A stretch of DNA of 64,000 nucleotides, taken from an uncultured Acidobacteriota bacterium. GTDB taxonomy: Bacteria > Acidobacteriota > Blastocatellia > RBC074. Location of the stretch: positions 1,408,001-1,472,000 of the forward strand of contig CAWCKY010000006.1 in assembly GCA_963796275.1 (NCBI GenBank), written 5' to 3'. The notes under the pieces were generated by a model. It saw only the letters and a program-made list of their open reading frames with translations, was not told the DNA's origin and ran no database searches. The position numbers and the translations under genes are program-made. Shown here piece by piece: positions 1 to 9,748 of this stretch. Position 1 is the first letter of the stretch. Each line of letters starts with the position of its first letter.

Positions 1-37
1 TGTATGTACAGACGATTTTCAGAGGAGGGAAATAGTT

Positions 38-1027
38 ATGGAGTTCAATATTCAAATCATTCCTTATTTACTCGTTTCAACACTCATCGGATTCTTGATA
101 GGGCTTATGGGGGCACGCCGCCGCGTCTCAAAACATCGAATTCGAGATAGAGAGAGACTCGAAAACAAGATACGCGGTTATGAACGCGACCTCGACAAGA
201 CCCGTGGTGAGATGCGAGTTCAGCGCGATGAAACCAATATGATCAGGAGCGAATTGACCACTACCAAAGGTAAACTCAAGACTCGCGATGCGGAACTCAG
301 CGTATTGCAGGCGAAGTTCAAGGCATTCGAGACCCTCGAGACAGAGATGGCAGCGAAAAAGTCTGAATTGAATTCGGTGAAGGCAGAGATGGATTCGCTT
401 CGGTCTCGACTCGTTCACGCAGAAGCCAGGCTGAAGAAACCTCCGGAGCCAGATCCCCGACTGGTAGCGGAGCTTCAAACCGCCAGGCAGAGCTTGAGCG
501 GTAAAGAGACTGAGATCGCAACGCTGCTGGGCCGCGTTAAAGAGCTTGCCCCCTTAAGCATACAGATCAAAGACCGCGATCTGCGCTTGCGTGAGTCGGA
601 AACCAAACATGCGCAGGAGATAAAAGACAAAGTTGAAGAAATCGGAAAATTGAGATCGAGTATACGTGACCTGGAAACTGATAACAGGCGCGCCCATTCG
701 AATACGGCTTCATTCGAAACGAAGCTGGGTGAGCTCGAATCGGGGCATCGGGCTGCCCTCGCAAGCAAAAACGATGAACTTGCCGGCGCACAGGTGAGGA
801 TCGCGGAACTGGAAACTAAATTGTCGTCACTGGAGTGGCATCAGGCTGCCCTCGCGAGCAAAAACGATGAACTTGCCGGCGCACAGGTGAGGATCGCGGA
901 ACTGGAATCTAAATTGTCGTCGCTGGAGAGGGATCAGGCTGAAAGTGAAGAGAAATTGCTTGAGATTGACACTCCTTTGCAACAAGTCGCCGTTGAAAAG
1001 GATGCGGAGGTGGATCTGCTCAGATAG
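38..1027 (+). CDS. Membrane-anchored long coiled-coil protein (hypothetical)
   Basis: RBS GGAGG upstream; hydrophobic N-terminal helix followed by basic residues; E/K/L/R-rich heptad pattern; internal 31-aa duplication. Confidence 0.85.
   Translation: MEFNIQIIPYLLVSTLIGFLIGLMGARRRVSKHRIRDRERLENKIRGYERDLDKTRGEMRVQRDETNMIRSELTTTKGKLKTRDAELSVLQAKFKAFETLETEMAAKKSELNSVKAEMDSLRSRLVHAEARLKKPPEPDPRLVAELQTARQSLSGKETEIATLLGRVKELAPLSIQIKDRDLRLRESETKHAQEIKDKVEEIGKLRSSIRDLETDNRRAHSNTASFETKLGELESGHRAALASKNDELAGAQVRIAELETKLSSLEWHQAALASKNDELAGAQVRIAELESKLSSLERDQAESEEKLLEIDTPLQQVAVEKDAEVDLLR
746..931 (+). repeat. In-frame 93-bp tandem duplication (2 copies)
   Basis: CATC(G/A)GGCTGCCCTCGC...GAACTGGAA(A/T)CTAAATTGTCGTC starts at 746 and 839; encodes H(R/Q)AALASKNDELAGAQVRIAELE(T/S)KLSSLE twice. 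Confidence 0.95.
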
Positions 1028-1682
1028 GAATGACGAATGATGGATCATCGAGCTTAGGGCTATTGACTGCGGTTGAGACCGGGTAATACTCCATCTCGCC
1101 CGCCGGATAAGGCTTTAACAGATGAACGAGACCCGTCGCTGAGATATTTGGGTCTAACCAAACGGTTTCATCTTCTGGTTTGAGGATTGCAGGCATCCGA
1201 TTGTGAATACTCGATAGTATTTCGTTAGGTTCAACCGTGATGATGGTGAAAGTTCGCAATTTTTCTCCATCCGGCGATCTCCACTCCTCCCATAAACCGG
1301 CGAACGCGAACAATTCGCTATTGCGCAATTTAATATAGATCGGCTGTTTTTGATCCTTTTCGTTCTTTTGCCATTCGTAAAACCCGTCTGCCGGAATCAG
1401 ACAGCGCCGTTTGGCGAATGCTGTTTTGAATGACGATTTCTCCGCCAGCGTTTCGCCCTTGGCGTTGATCATTTTATTACCGATTTTGGGGTCTTTCGAC
1501 CAGTACGGTATAAGACCCCACTTGCACGCGATCATTTCGCGCCCGTCGACGCGGCGTATGACGGGGACGATTTGCGATGGGGCTATGTTATATCGCGGCA
1601 CCGCCGCTTCTTCGATCGTTTCGACATCGAATCGCTCGGCTATCTCTTCCGGTTTGTGATGACGTGTAAATCTTCCGCACAT
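1020..1682 (-). CDS. SOS response-associated peptidase (SRAP/YedK/HMCES family, abasic-site protection)
   Basis: N-terminal MCGRF (catalytic Cys2), RYNIAPSQ, WGLIP, RCLIPADGFYEW, IHNRMP motifs. Confidence 0.95.
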   Translation of the reverse strand: MCGRFTRHHKPEEIAERFDVETIEEAAVPRYNIAPSQIVPVIRRVDGREMIACKWGLIPYWSKDPKIGNKMINAKGETLAEKSSFKTAFAKRRCLIPADGFYEWQKNEKDQKQPIYIKLRNSELFAFAGLWEEWRSPDGEKLRTFTIITVEPNEILSSIHNRMPAILKPEDETVWLDPNISATGLVHLLKPYPAGEMEYYPVSTAVNSPKLDDPSFVIPI

Positions 1683-1746
1683 AATCGTGAGGCGGTAGTC
1701 CGCGGGAGAGAGCTTCTCCGGCGATCGCGGACTGGAATCCCAAGCT

Positions 1747-2982
1747 TTATCTGAATTCCATCGCCGCGAAGCTTACTACCGATTGTTCATCGATATTCCA
1801 CTGTTCATAGCGTAGTAGTTGACCGCGCGCGCCGGGAACCGAGCTTAAAAATGTGTAGATTGGTGAAAAGCCGCACCACTTCAAGCGATCCTGTTCAGGC
1901 CTGACCAGGTCGAAGAATTCATCGCTCTTACCGTCGCATATTCGGTTCAATCTCTCGCGATCCTCTTCTTTAACCTCGAGCATTATCCCATGTTCAGCGC
2001 GGGCGATACTATCGTCACCGTAACGCATGCCGATGTGAGCCAGATCGACACCCAACACCCAGAACAGTTGCGAAGCTTTGAGCTCTGCTATTTCGCCCAG
2101 CGCTTCGAAAAATCGCAAAACTTTATCATCGTTTTCCGGCGGTTCGCCCTCGCTCAGCGCCTTGGCGAATGGCCCGCACAAAATAGGTGCTATCTTGAAG
2201 TCGGAGCCGAGCATCTGTTGAAGAAACACACATTGGAATTCGATTGAATGTTCAATAGCGTGACAGTAATCCTCCGTCGTGATCGAATCGCCCCCGCGAT
2301 CGATCAGCATGTCGATCAATTCGGTATCTGGTTGAATCGTTCCGAGTGGGGTGGAGAAAGGTTTGCGGGTCAACCCGAATTTTTCGGGCTCGCCGTAATG
2401 CGACGTGCCGAGCACTATGATGGTTTTGCCGGCAGCGTGTTGCCGGGCAGCTCCGCTCAAACGACCGTATGCCGCAGCATAGGATTGCCATCCACCCCAT
2501 GGACTGACGTGAGGCGCGGCCAGACCGATGATCGGATGGGGAGCCGGCGCCGGGGAGTTTTGCAGATAGCCATCTAGTTGGGCGCGCAGCTCGGCATTCT
2601 CCTCCGGATACCCCGTCCCCGAATGCGCGGGCACGCGTAAGGGAGCGGATTCGAATTGCGCGTGGCGTTCGAGCCGCATCCGATCGAACTCATCGCTTTC
2701 GAGAAAACCGTTATGTCTGAGAGCGTCGACCAGCGATTGGATGGTCTCGCCCGGGATGATCTCTCCCGCCAGTTTGGAAATATAAGCCTGTAGGTCCAGC
2801 ACCGTGCTTTCACCATCAAAGAAGACGAGACCGGCGGCGAGAAGCGGCGGGATGATGAGTATCTCTTGTGTGTAACGGAAAGGGTCACGGAAAAGGATGC
2901 CCGGTTTGTCCGGAACGGGCGAACGCATGATGTCCAAACCGAGCCGCAAGCGCGGAAGTATGTTATTCATTTGCGCCCTCAC
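1747..2982 (-). CDS. amrB: AmmeMemoRadiSam system protein B (MEMO1 family)
   Basis: PAHSGTGYP, APHVS, LGTSH, HAIEHSIEFQ, VDLAHIG, WCG and VSFAA motifs; start may be ATG at 2970. Confidence 0.88.
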   Translation of the reverse strand: MRAQMNNILPRLRLGLDIMRSPVPDKPGILFRDPFRYTQEILIIPPLLAAGLVFFDGESTVLDLQAYISKLAGEIIPGETIQSLVDALRHNGFLESDEFDRMRLERHAQFESAPLRVPAHSGTGYPEENAELRAQLDGYLQNSPAPAPHPIIGLAAPHVSPWGGWQSYAAAYGRLSGAARQHAAGKTIIVLGTSHYGEPEKFGLTRKPFSTPLGTIQPDTELIDMLIDRGGDSITTEDYCHAIEHSIEFQCVFLQQMLGSDFKIAPILCGPFAKALSEGEPPENDDKVLRFFEALGEIAELKASQLFWVLGVDLAHIGMRYGDDSIARAEHGIMLEVKEEDRERLNRICDGKSDEFFDLVRPEQDRLKWCGFSPIYTFLSSVPGARGQLLRYEQWNIDEQSVVSFAAMEFR

Positions 2983-3343
2983 CGTTGGGCATTTTTTTTA
3001 ATCCAATTTTTATCGCCTCGGTCAAACTCTTACCGTCCTCTTTGGTCATATCTGACATTGTGATCAATTCATTGTAAACCAGAAAATCCCCACTTCGCGC
3101 ATCGACGATGCCGATGCTTATGAAGTATCTTTGTAATTTCGCTGCAGATCGGCTACAGCATATTTCAACTTCTCGTCGTTTTGTAGAGTTTCCGGTTTAA
3201 ACGGGCTGTCAACTTTTTTATCAATTTTTCATAATTGCTCAGCCCCAATGAATCCAATAGTTGCAACACGTCCCGCCCGTACCTGTTTCACTTGATACTG
3301 CAACCTATTCGCTTTAATCTGCGTATTAATCTGCTGGTGAGTT

Positions 3344-4153
3344 ATGAATAGAATTGATCGATCAGTGAAAACACTTTTGCGGCGCTTCATTTCTACTTTT
3401 CTGCTACTGCTCTTGATCGCGCCCGGTACACTTGCACAAAAATCTCGAAGCAAGGGAATGACCGCTCCGCCCCAACCTCAAGTGACACAAAAAGAGGCCG
3501 CGGAGTTGGCGGAAGCGGCCAGCAGGTCGAGAGCCAAACTGATCGAATCATCGAAAACCTATCGCGAAAGCCTCGAACGATTGTATGTTCTGCAAAAGCA
3601 GGAGGAAGATCAGATCGCTGCTCTGCTCGAAAAGAACCGCGGGTTGTTTGAAAGCGGGTTAATAGCCAAACGAGATGTCGAATTGGTCGAACAAAGTCTG
3701 GCGACGGCGCAAAATAAGAGTGCGGAAACTCAGAAGCAGCTTGAATCTGTCGACCACCTGGTCGCCGAGGTCAAAGCCGCGGAGGAACTGGCGAAGATGC
3801 CGGCAGCCGGCTCATTTCGCACGTCAGATATGCTCATTCGTTATGTTGGCTCGACCCGCTGGGCCATGAGCGACCTGGATAAGATTGATGCATTCTTCCG
3901 CTTGAAATTCGGCCGCGTGCTTCCCGTGAGCGCATTAGGACAGACCGAGACGCATTCACGCCTTGGACTAGATCATCACGATGCAATCGATGTCGCCATT
4001 CATCCCGATAGCGCAGAAGGTCAGGAATTGATCAACTATTTGCGCTCACAGAAGATTTCATTCATCGCGATCCGCGGCGCGATTCTCGGATCAGCCACCG
4101 GCGCGCATATCCACATCGGCCCGTCATCGAAAAGAACCACGCTGGCTAACTGA
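3344..4153 (+). CDS. Secreted coiled-coil protein with C-terminal LAS-type (M23/M15-like) Zn-peptidase motifs
   Basis: Signal peptide (FLLLLLIAPGTLA/Q), coiled-coil middle, HDAID (HxxxD) and HIH (HxH). Confidence 0.6.
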   Translation: MNRIDRSVKTLLRRFISTFLLLLLIAPGTLAQKSRSKGMTAPPQPQVTQKEAAELAEAASRSRAKLIESSKTYRESLERLYVLQKQEEDQIAALLEKNRGLFESGLIAKRDVELVEQSLATAQNKSAETQKQLESVDHLVAEVKAAEELAKMPAAGSFRTSDMLIRYVGSTRWAMSDLDKIDAFFRLKFGRVLPVSALGQTETHSRLGLDHHDAIDVAIHPDSAEGQELINYLRSQKISFIAIRGAILGSATGAHIHIGPSSKRTTLAN

Positions 4154-4227
4154 GACAATATGCGTGGCTCTCCGCAAAAAAACGATCAGCGCAATTAACG
4201 ACAAAATATAGAATTTTGTGCGATTGA

Positions 4228-5847
4228 TCAATGTTTAAAGTGCCTGATCCCGGTGAACAGCATTGCCAGATTCTGTTCGTTTGCAGCTTCGATCACTTCT
4301 TTATCCCGGACAGACCCGCCCGGTTGAATAATGGCGGTAATGCCGTGTTTGGCTGCTTCGTCTACTCCATCGCGAAACGGAAAGAAGGCGTCTGAAGCGA
4401 GGACGCTGCCAGCGATCGGCAGCTTGGCTTTCATCGCACCGAGCATTACCGAATCGACGCGCGACATCTGACCCGCACCGACCCCGATCAATTGATCCTC
4501 TTTCGCATATACGATCGCGTTCGATTTGACGTGTTTGCCGATCGCCCAGGCGAATCGGAGCGCGCGCCGCTCGGACGGCGACGGTTTGCGATCACTTACA
4601 ATCTGAAGCTTCTCTTCATCGAGCAATTCGACATCGCGATCCTGGACGAGGACGCCGCCGCTGATCCTTCTCAACTCTAGATGATCTGTTTGATTTCCGA
4701 TCTCCCCCATACGCAATACGCGGAGGTTCTTCTTCGCCTTGAGGATGTTTTGCGCTTCATCGGTGAAATCGGGAGCGATGATCACCTCGGCGAACATTTC
4801 TGCGATCTCCTTCGCGGCGATGCCGTCTACCGCTCCTGAAAACGCGATGATGCCGCCGAAAGCCGATACCGGATCTGTCGCTCTCGCTTTATTGAATGCC
4901 GCGAGCGCGCTCGCTGCCGTGCCGGCGCCGCAAGGGTTGGTATGTTTGATGATCGCACAGATGTGCTGAACCTCGTGCCTCATCTCCTCGGCATCCCGCA
5001 GTTGCATCCGATGTAATTCCTGCACTAATTCCCACGCGGCATCGCTGTCGATGAGGTTGTTATATGAGAGCTCTTTGCCCTGCAATTGAGAGGCGGTCGC
5101 GACGCCGTGACCGTCGTCCCCCACAATCCGGTAGAGTGCGGCGCGCTGGTGCGGGTTTTCGCCGTAACGTAAATCATTCGCCTTCGTCAGCTCCAGCGGA
5201 ATTTCATCGGGCAGCCCAGCGGCAGCTCCCGCTCCATCCTGCTGCCAGGAAGCTAAAAAGCGCGCTATCTCTCTATCGTAATCAGCCGTGTGGCGGAATG
5301 CGGTGAGAGCTAGTCGATAGCGGGCAGATTGCGGTAATGAGCAGTCCCATTTATCGAGCAGCTCTGCGATCATTGAATAGTCATTCGGGTCGACGACGAC
5401 GGCGACATCGTTATGGTTCTTGGCGGCCGACCGGATCATCGCAGGCCCGCCTATATCGATATGCTCGATCGCCTCGCTCATCGTCACATCCGGTTTCCGG
5501 ATAGTTTGAAGGAACGGGTAGAGGTTGACGACAACCATATCGATCGGCTCGATTCCGTGTTCGCGCATCCTGGCTCGATGTTCGGGGTTGTCGCGAATGC
5601 CCAGGATGCCGCCGTGGATTTTCGGATGCAGAGTTTTTACTCGCCCGTCAAGCATCTCAGGAAAACCCGTGACCTCGGATACATCACGCACATCGAGGCC
5701 ATTCTCGCGGAGCAGTTTGGCGGTGCCGCCGGTGGAGATGATATCGATCCCGTGTCGTTTCAGATTTTGCGCGAATTCAATCAGACCGGACTTATCGGAA
5801 ACGCTGATCAGAGCCCGCTCGATCTTCTTTAGTGACTGTTCCTGCAT
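4228..5847 (-). CDS. purH: Bifunctional AICAR transformylase/IMP cyclohydrolase
   Basis: RALISVSDK, GRVKTLHPKIHGGIL, IDIGGPAMIRSAAKN, LRYGENPHQ, ASDAFFPF, TGIRHFKH. Confidence 0.99.
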   Translation of the reverse strand: MQEQSLKKIERALISVSDKSGLIEFAQNLKRHGIDIISTGGTAKLLRENGLDVRDVSEVTGFPEMLDGRVKTLHPKIHGGILGIRDNPEHRARMREHGIEPIDMVVVNLYPFLQTIRKPDVTMSEAIEHIDIGGPAMIRSAAKNHNDVAVVVDPNDYSMIAELLDKWDCSLPQSARYRLALTAFRHTADYDREIARFLASWQQDGAGAAAGLPDEIPLELTKANDLRYGENPHQRAALYRIVGDDGHGVATASQLQGKELSYNNLIDSDAAWELVQELHRMQLRDAEEMRHEVQHICAIIKHTNPCGAGTAASALAAFNKARATDPVSAFGGIIAFSGAVDGIAAKEIAEMFAEVIIAPDFTDEAQNILKAKKNLRVLRMGEIGNQTDHLELRRISGGVLVQDRDVELLDEEKLQIVSDRKPSPSERRALRFAWAIGKHVKSNAIVYAKEDQLIGVGAGQMSRVDSVMLGAMKAKLPIAGSVLASDAFFPFRDGVDEAAKHGITAIIQPGGSVRDKEVIEAANEQNLAMLFTGIRHFKH

Positions 5848-5937
5848 TATTTCTTTCCATTTCTCCCTATTCTATTGCTAAGGGTGCAATTCTATCGAAT
5901 TTGATCTGCTCACCTCAAAAGATCATCATGCAACAAT

Positions 5938-7149
5938 ATGGAGTCGAACAACAAATTTGAGCGAGCGGCCGCGATCCGAGTTATCAATTTGTCGAAGAGA
6001 TTCGATGGCCAGCAGATTCTTACAAATATCGGCTTCGATATCTCTGCGGGAGAAGTGTTGGTTGTGCTCGGCCCGTCAGGGAGCGGCAAGACGACTTTGC
6101 TGAGAATCATCGCCGGTCTGGAAGAACCCGAGACCGGAGAGATTCATTTGAATGGACAGGTTGCGCAAGCTCTTCCGCCGCAGAAGCGCGAATTGGGCGT
6201 TGTATTTCAGGAGCATGCGCTCTTCCAGCGGAAGACCGTCGAGCAGAACATAGCTTTCGGGCTGGAGACGCACAAGGTAGACAGAACGGAGAAACAGAAG
6301 ATCGTCGATGAAATGCTCAGCCTCGTCAATTTGCGCGCGCATCGCAGGAAGTATCCGGACCAGCTCTCAGGCGGACAACGGCAACGGGTGGCGCTGGCGC
6401 GCGCGCTAGCCTTCAAACCTGAAGCGATGTTGTTTGATGAGCCATTCAGCGCCCTCGATGCCGTGACGCGTCTGGAGCTGCGGCGGGAGGTCCGATCGTT
6501 ATTGCGCGAGATGAATATCCCCGCGCTCTTCATCACTCACGATCAGGAAGAGGCGCTGGAACTGGCTGATCGTATTATCGTCCTCAATCATGGTCGGATA
6601 GAGCAGATCGGCACGCCTTATGAGCTTTATAACCGGCCTCGCAATGAATTCGTCGCGACCTTTCTGGGCGCCGCTAACGTTCTTCTCGGGCGATGGATCG
6701 AAGGGAAGGTGATGCTCGGCCGGATCAGGCTTAAAGCCATCAATGATGGGCCGTTATTTTCTGAACGCCAGCCGGTAAAAATTATTTTCCGTCCGGAAGA
6801 TGCAGTTCTCAATTTTCAACAACAGCTTCTCGATACACCCTATGTGCTCGGTCGCGCGGTTATTGAAGATATTTCCTATATCGGACACAGCGAAAGACTC
6901 GTGGCGCGGTTGATGTTGTGGTCACAGCAGGTCACCGATGGTGACCCGGATATCCAGCGACTGCGGGCGCTCGCATTGATCGATGATCCCCAATCCGATG
7001 GATTTCCGATCGTCATCACGCGCAACAAGTGGGATGCCAATGAAATGGTGCTTGAGGTCGGAGATACGGTTGTGATCGGGCTGAAAGGCTACCGATTGTT
7101 ACCGCATTACCCGCTGCGCAGCGAGTCAGGCTCGAAGGTTCAACAATAG
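5938..7149 (+). CDS. cysA: Sulfate ABC transporter ATP-binding protein (CysA-like)
   Basis: Walker A GPSGSGKT, LSGGQRQRVALARAL, DEPFSALD, ITHDQEEA; lies just upstream of sbp-cysT-cysW, which has no other ATPase in the window. Confidence 0.8.
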   Translation: MESNNKFERAAAIRVINLSKRFDGQQILTNIGFDISAGEVLVVLGPSGSGKTTLLRIIAGLEEPETGEIHLNGQVAQALPPQKRELGVVFQEHALFQRKTVEQNIAFGLETHKVDRTEKQKIVDEMLSLVNLRAHRRKYPDQLSGGQRQRVALARALAFKPEAMLFDEPFSALDAVTRLELRREVRSLLREMNIPALFITHDQEEALELADRIIVLNHGRIEQIGTPYELYNRPRNEFVATFLGAANVLLGRWIEGKVMLGRIRLKAINDGPLFSERQPVKIIFRPEDAVLNFQQQLLDTPYVLGRAVIEDISYIGHSERLVARLMLWSQQVTDGDPDIQRLRALALIDDPQSDGFPIVITRNKWDANEMVLEVGDTVVIGLKGYRLLPHYPLRSESGSKVQQ

Positions 7150-7179
7150 CAACCAAGAAAAAATTGCCGCAAAAACGTG

Positions 7180-7265
7180 AGATTTATCACTTACATTTGT
7201 CATTGAAACGCACTCTTCAATGACAAATGTAAAATTACAAATGTAAAATGACAAATGATAAATCT
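7180..7265. repeat. REP-like hairpin built from AAATG(A/T)(C/A) heptamers
   Basis: Perfect 17-bp IR TTACATTTGTCATTGAA (7191-7207)/TTCAATGACAAATGTAA (7216-7232), outer IR AGATTTATCA/TGATAAATCT; related element at 26745-26845. Confidence 0.85.
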
Positions 7266-7267
7266 TC

Positions 7268-7320
7268 TTGACTCAGCCAGGCCTGGTGCTATATAAACTC
7301 CCAGTCATCCACTAGGAAAT
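7268..7320 (+). promoter_or_regulatory. Sigma70-like promoter with putative Rrf2 operator
   Basis: TTGACT (7268-7273), TGcTATATA extended -10 near 7287-7295, then near-palindrome TCCCAGT-N5-ACTAGGA (7299-7317). Confidence 0.6.
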
Positions 7321-7323
7321 TAA

Positions 7324-7779
7324 ATGAACGTCTCTACGAAAAGCGAATATGGCTTACGCGCTCTGATCTATCTTGCTTCCAACACGGAGCGCGAGGCAGT
7401 TCCTGCGCGTGAGATAGCCGAGAAGTGGAGCGTTCCAGTCAAATACCTCGAACAGATTCTCAAGACGCTCAAGGATGAGGGTATTTTGGTGAGCCAGGTC
7501 GGCATCGGAGGCGGATATCGTCTGGCCAGACCGGCGACTCTGATCACCACGGGCGAGGTCATCAGGTTACTCGATGGCAGGATCGCGCCGATGGGATGCG
7601 TCAGTTCATACGACTATGAGCCGTGCGAATTCGAGGAAGGCTGTGGCTTGAAGACGCTTTGGGCCAGAGCTCGCGCCGCCCTCATCGGAGTGCTCGATCA
7701 AACCACTATTGCTGACCTCTGTACCCAGGCTAATCACCAAAAGGTGGTTAGCCTGAAATCTTCGTCTAATTATCGCTAA
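7324..7779 (+). CDS. Rrf2 family transcriptional regulator (CymR/IscR-like)
   Basis: STKSEYGLRAL, KYLEQIL, GIGGGYRLARP, C-x7-C-x5-C; directly upstream of the sulfate ABC genes. Confidence 0.92.
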   Translation: MNVSTKSEYGLRALIYLASNTEREAVPAREIAEKWSVPVKYLEQILKTLKDEGILVSQVGIGGGYRLARPATLITTGEVIRLLDGRIAPMGCVSSYDYEPCEFEEGCGLKTLWARARAALIGVLDQTTIADLCTQANHQKVVSLKSSSNYR

Positions 7780-7829
7780 ACATCCCAAACAACAGTCTCT
7801 TCGTCAAAACATATAAATCCCATTTTTTA

Positions 7830-7853
7830 ATGTCTATGTATTAACTAGGATTT
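7830..7853 (+). promoter_or_regulatory. Second putative Rrf2 operator upstream of sbp
   Basis: GTCTATG-N5-ACTAGGATTT shares the ACTAGGA(A/T)(A/T)T half-site with 7311-7320. Confidence 0.45.
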
Positions 7854-7859
7854 ATTGAG

Positions 7860-8891
7860 GTGAGCGCGAAGGCATTCCTATTAATTAGCCTGGTTATTTG
7901 GTTGGCGGCAGCCGGTTGCGCCGTGCCGGAGAAGAGCAGCGGCGGAACGGTGATGCTGACGCTGGGCGCATACACGACTCCGCGCGAGGCTTACAGTAAA
8001 GCGATCATCCCGGAGTTCCAGCGATATTGGAAACAGAGGACCGGACAGGATGTCGAGTTTCAAGAGTCGTATCAGGCGAGCGGCGCGCAATCGCGGGCTA
8101 TTATCAGCGGGTTCGAAGCCGATATCGCGGCGCTCTCGCTGGAAGGTGACGTGGAGAGGATCGCCCAATCGGGCTTGATCAAGCACGATTGGAAGAAAAA
8201 CCAACACAAAGGCATCGTCTCCACCTCAGTTGTAGTCCTCGCGGTCAGGCTGGGCAATCCTAAAAGCATCGGTGATTGGACCGATCTGACAAGGCCGGGA
8301 TTGAAGGTATTGACACCGGATCCGAAGACTTCGGGGGGCGCGCAATGGAACATCGCCGCACTTTATGGCGCCGCGCTCCGCGGTTATGCGGGATCGGCGA
8401 ATGATCCGGCGGTAGCGAAGGAGTTGCTCAAGCGAGTCCTCCTTAACGTCTCGCTAATGGATAAGGGTGCGCGCGAATCCATCACCACTTTTGAGAAGGG
8501 CGTAGGGGATGTCGCGATAACCTATGAAAACGAAGTGCTGGTTGGACGGCAGGCTGGACGGAAATATGACTACATCATCCCCCGTTCAACGATTCTGATC
8601 GAAAACCCGGTCGCGCTGGTCGACACTTATGTCGATAAACACGGCGTCCGTGAGGTGGCGGAAGGATTCATCGAATTTCTCTGGACGAAAGAAGCGCAGC
8701 GCGTTTTCGCGAAGTTCGGTTTGCGGCCGGTTGATCTGCAAACAGCGAATGAGGTCGAGGGCCGGTTTCAACCGACAGGAGACATCTGGAAGATCGATTA
8801 TCTGGGAGGATGGAGGAGCGTTTCGACCGAGCTCTTCGGGCCTGCCGGAATCTACACGAAAAGTTTCGAGGAGTTACACGCGGGTCAATGA
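7860..8891 (+). CDS. sbp: Sulfate ABC transporter substrate-binding lipoprotein (Sbp/CysP)
   Basis: Lipobox-like LAAAGC; SYQASGAQSRA, GNPK, TPDPKTSGGAQWN, GDVAITYENE, TILIENP. Confidence 0.93.
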   Translation: MSAKAFLLISLVIWLAAAGCAVPEKSSGGTVMLTLGAYTTPREAYSKAIIPEFQRYWKQRTGQDVEFQESYQASGAQSRAIISGFEADIAALSLEGDVERIAQSGLIKHDWKKNQHKGIVSTSVVVLAVRLGNPKSIGDWTDLTRPGLKVLTPDPKTSGGAQWNIAALYGAALRGYAGSANDPAVAKELLKRVLLNVSLMDKGARESITTFEKGVGDVAITYENEVLVGRQAGRKYDYIIPRSTILIENPVALVDTYVDKHGVREVAEGFIEFLWTKEAQRVFAKFGLRPVDLQTANEVEGRFQPTGDIWKIDYLGGWRSVSTELFGPAGIYTKSFEELHAGQ

Positions 8892-9748
8892 ACATAGCCG
8901 ATTCGCCACAAGTTAAATCAATACGGTTCGCTTCTCGTCGCCCGTGGGGAAGATGGAGTTTGAGGGCAGTATCGATCCTCTGGCTCGTATTGATGATCTT
9001 GCTTCCCATCAGCACGCTGCTCGAACACGGTCTGAGAGATGGGATCGCAATGCTCTGGAATGAGGTGACCAGCCCGATCGCTTTGGCGGCATTGAAACTG
9101 ACGCTGATCGCCGCCGCGATAATGACTGCGATCAATGCGGTGATGGGGACGATGACGGCATATGTGCTGGTGCGCTATCGGTTCTACGGGAGCCGTCTGC
9201 TCAATAGCCTGATCGATTTGCCGTTTGCGATTCCGACCCTGGTCACGGGAGTCATGCTGGTTGTGCTCTATGGCCCACAACAGTTGCTGGGTTCGTGGTT
9301 GGATGCGCGCGGGATCCAGATCGTCTTCGCTCAACCTGGGATTGTGATGGCGCTGCTCTTTGTCACCTATCCGTTCGTCATCCGGACTGTGCAACCGGTG
9401 CTGATGGCGATCGACAGGTCGCAGGAAGAAGCTGCGTGGACTCTGGGCGCATCGCAGTGGCAGACATTCGCGAAGATAATACTTCCGATGCTTACTCCGG
9501 CGATCCTCACGGGCTCTCTGCTCGGATTCGCTCGCGCTCTGGGTGAATTTGGGTCGCTGGTGGTGGTCGCCGGAAATATACCACGCAGCACATTGACGGC
9601 TCCGGTTTATATCTTCGGGGAGATTGAATCGCAGAACCAGCGCGGCGCGAGCGCTATGTCTATAGTGTTGCTGACGCTGTCGTTCGCGCTGATGTTGCTG
9701 GTCGACTGGCTGCAGGAGAGACGTGGAGGGACCATTGCCGCCGGATAA
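8888..9748 (+). CDS. cysT: Sulfate ABC transporter permease CysT
   Basis: ATG overlaps sbp stop (ATGA); IDLPFAIPTLVTG, PFVIRTVQPVL, EEAAWTLGA, FARALGEFGS. Confidence 0.93.
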   Translation: MNIADSPQVKSIRFASRRPWGRWSLRAVSILWLVLMILLPISTLLEHGLRDGIAMLWNEVTSPIALAALKLTLIAAAIMTAINAVMGTMTAYVLVRYRFYGSRLLNSLIDLPFAIPTLVTGVMLVVLYGPQQLLGSWLDARGIQIVFAQPGIVMALLFVTYPFVIRTVQPVLMAIDRSQEEAAWTLGASQWQTFAKIILPMLTPAILTGSLLGFARALGEFGSLVVVAGNIPRSTLTAPVYIFGEIESQNQRGASAMSIVLLTLSFALMLLVDWLQERRGGTIAAG

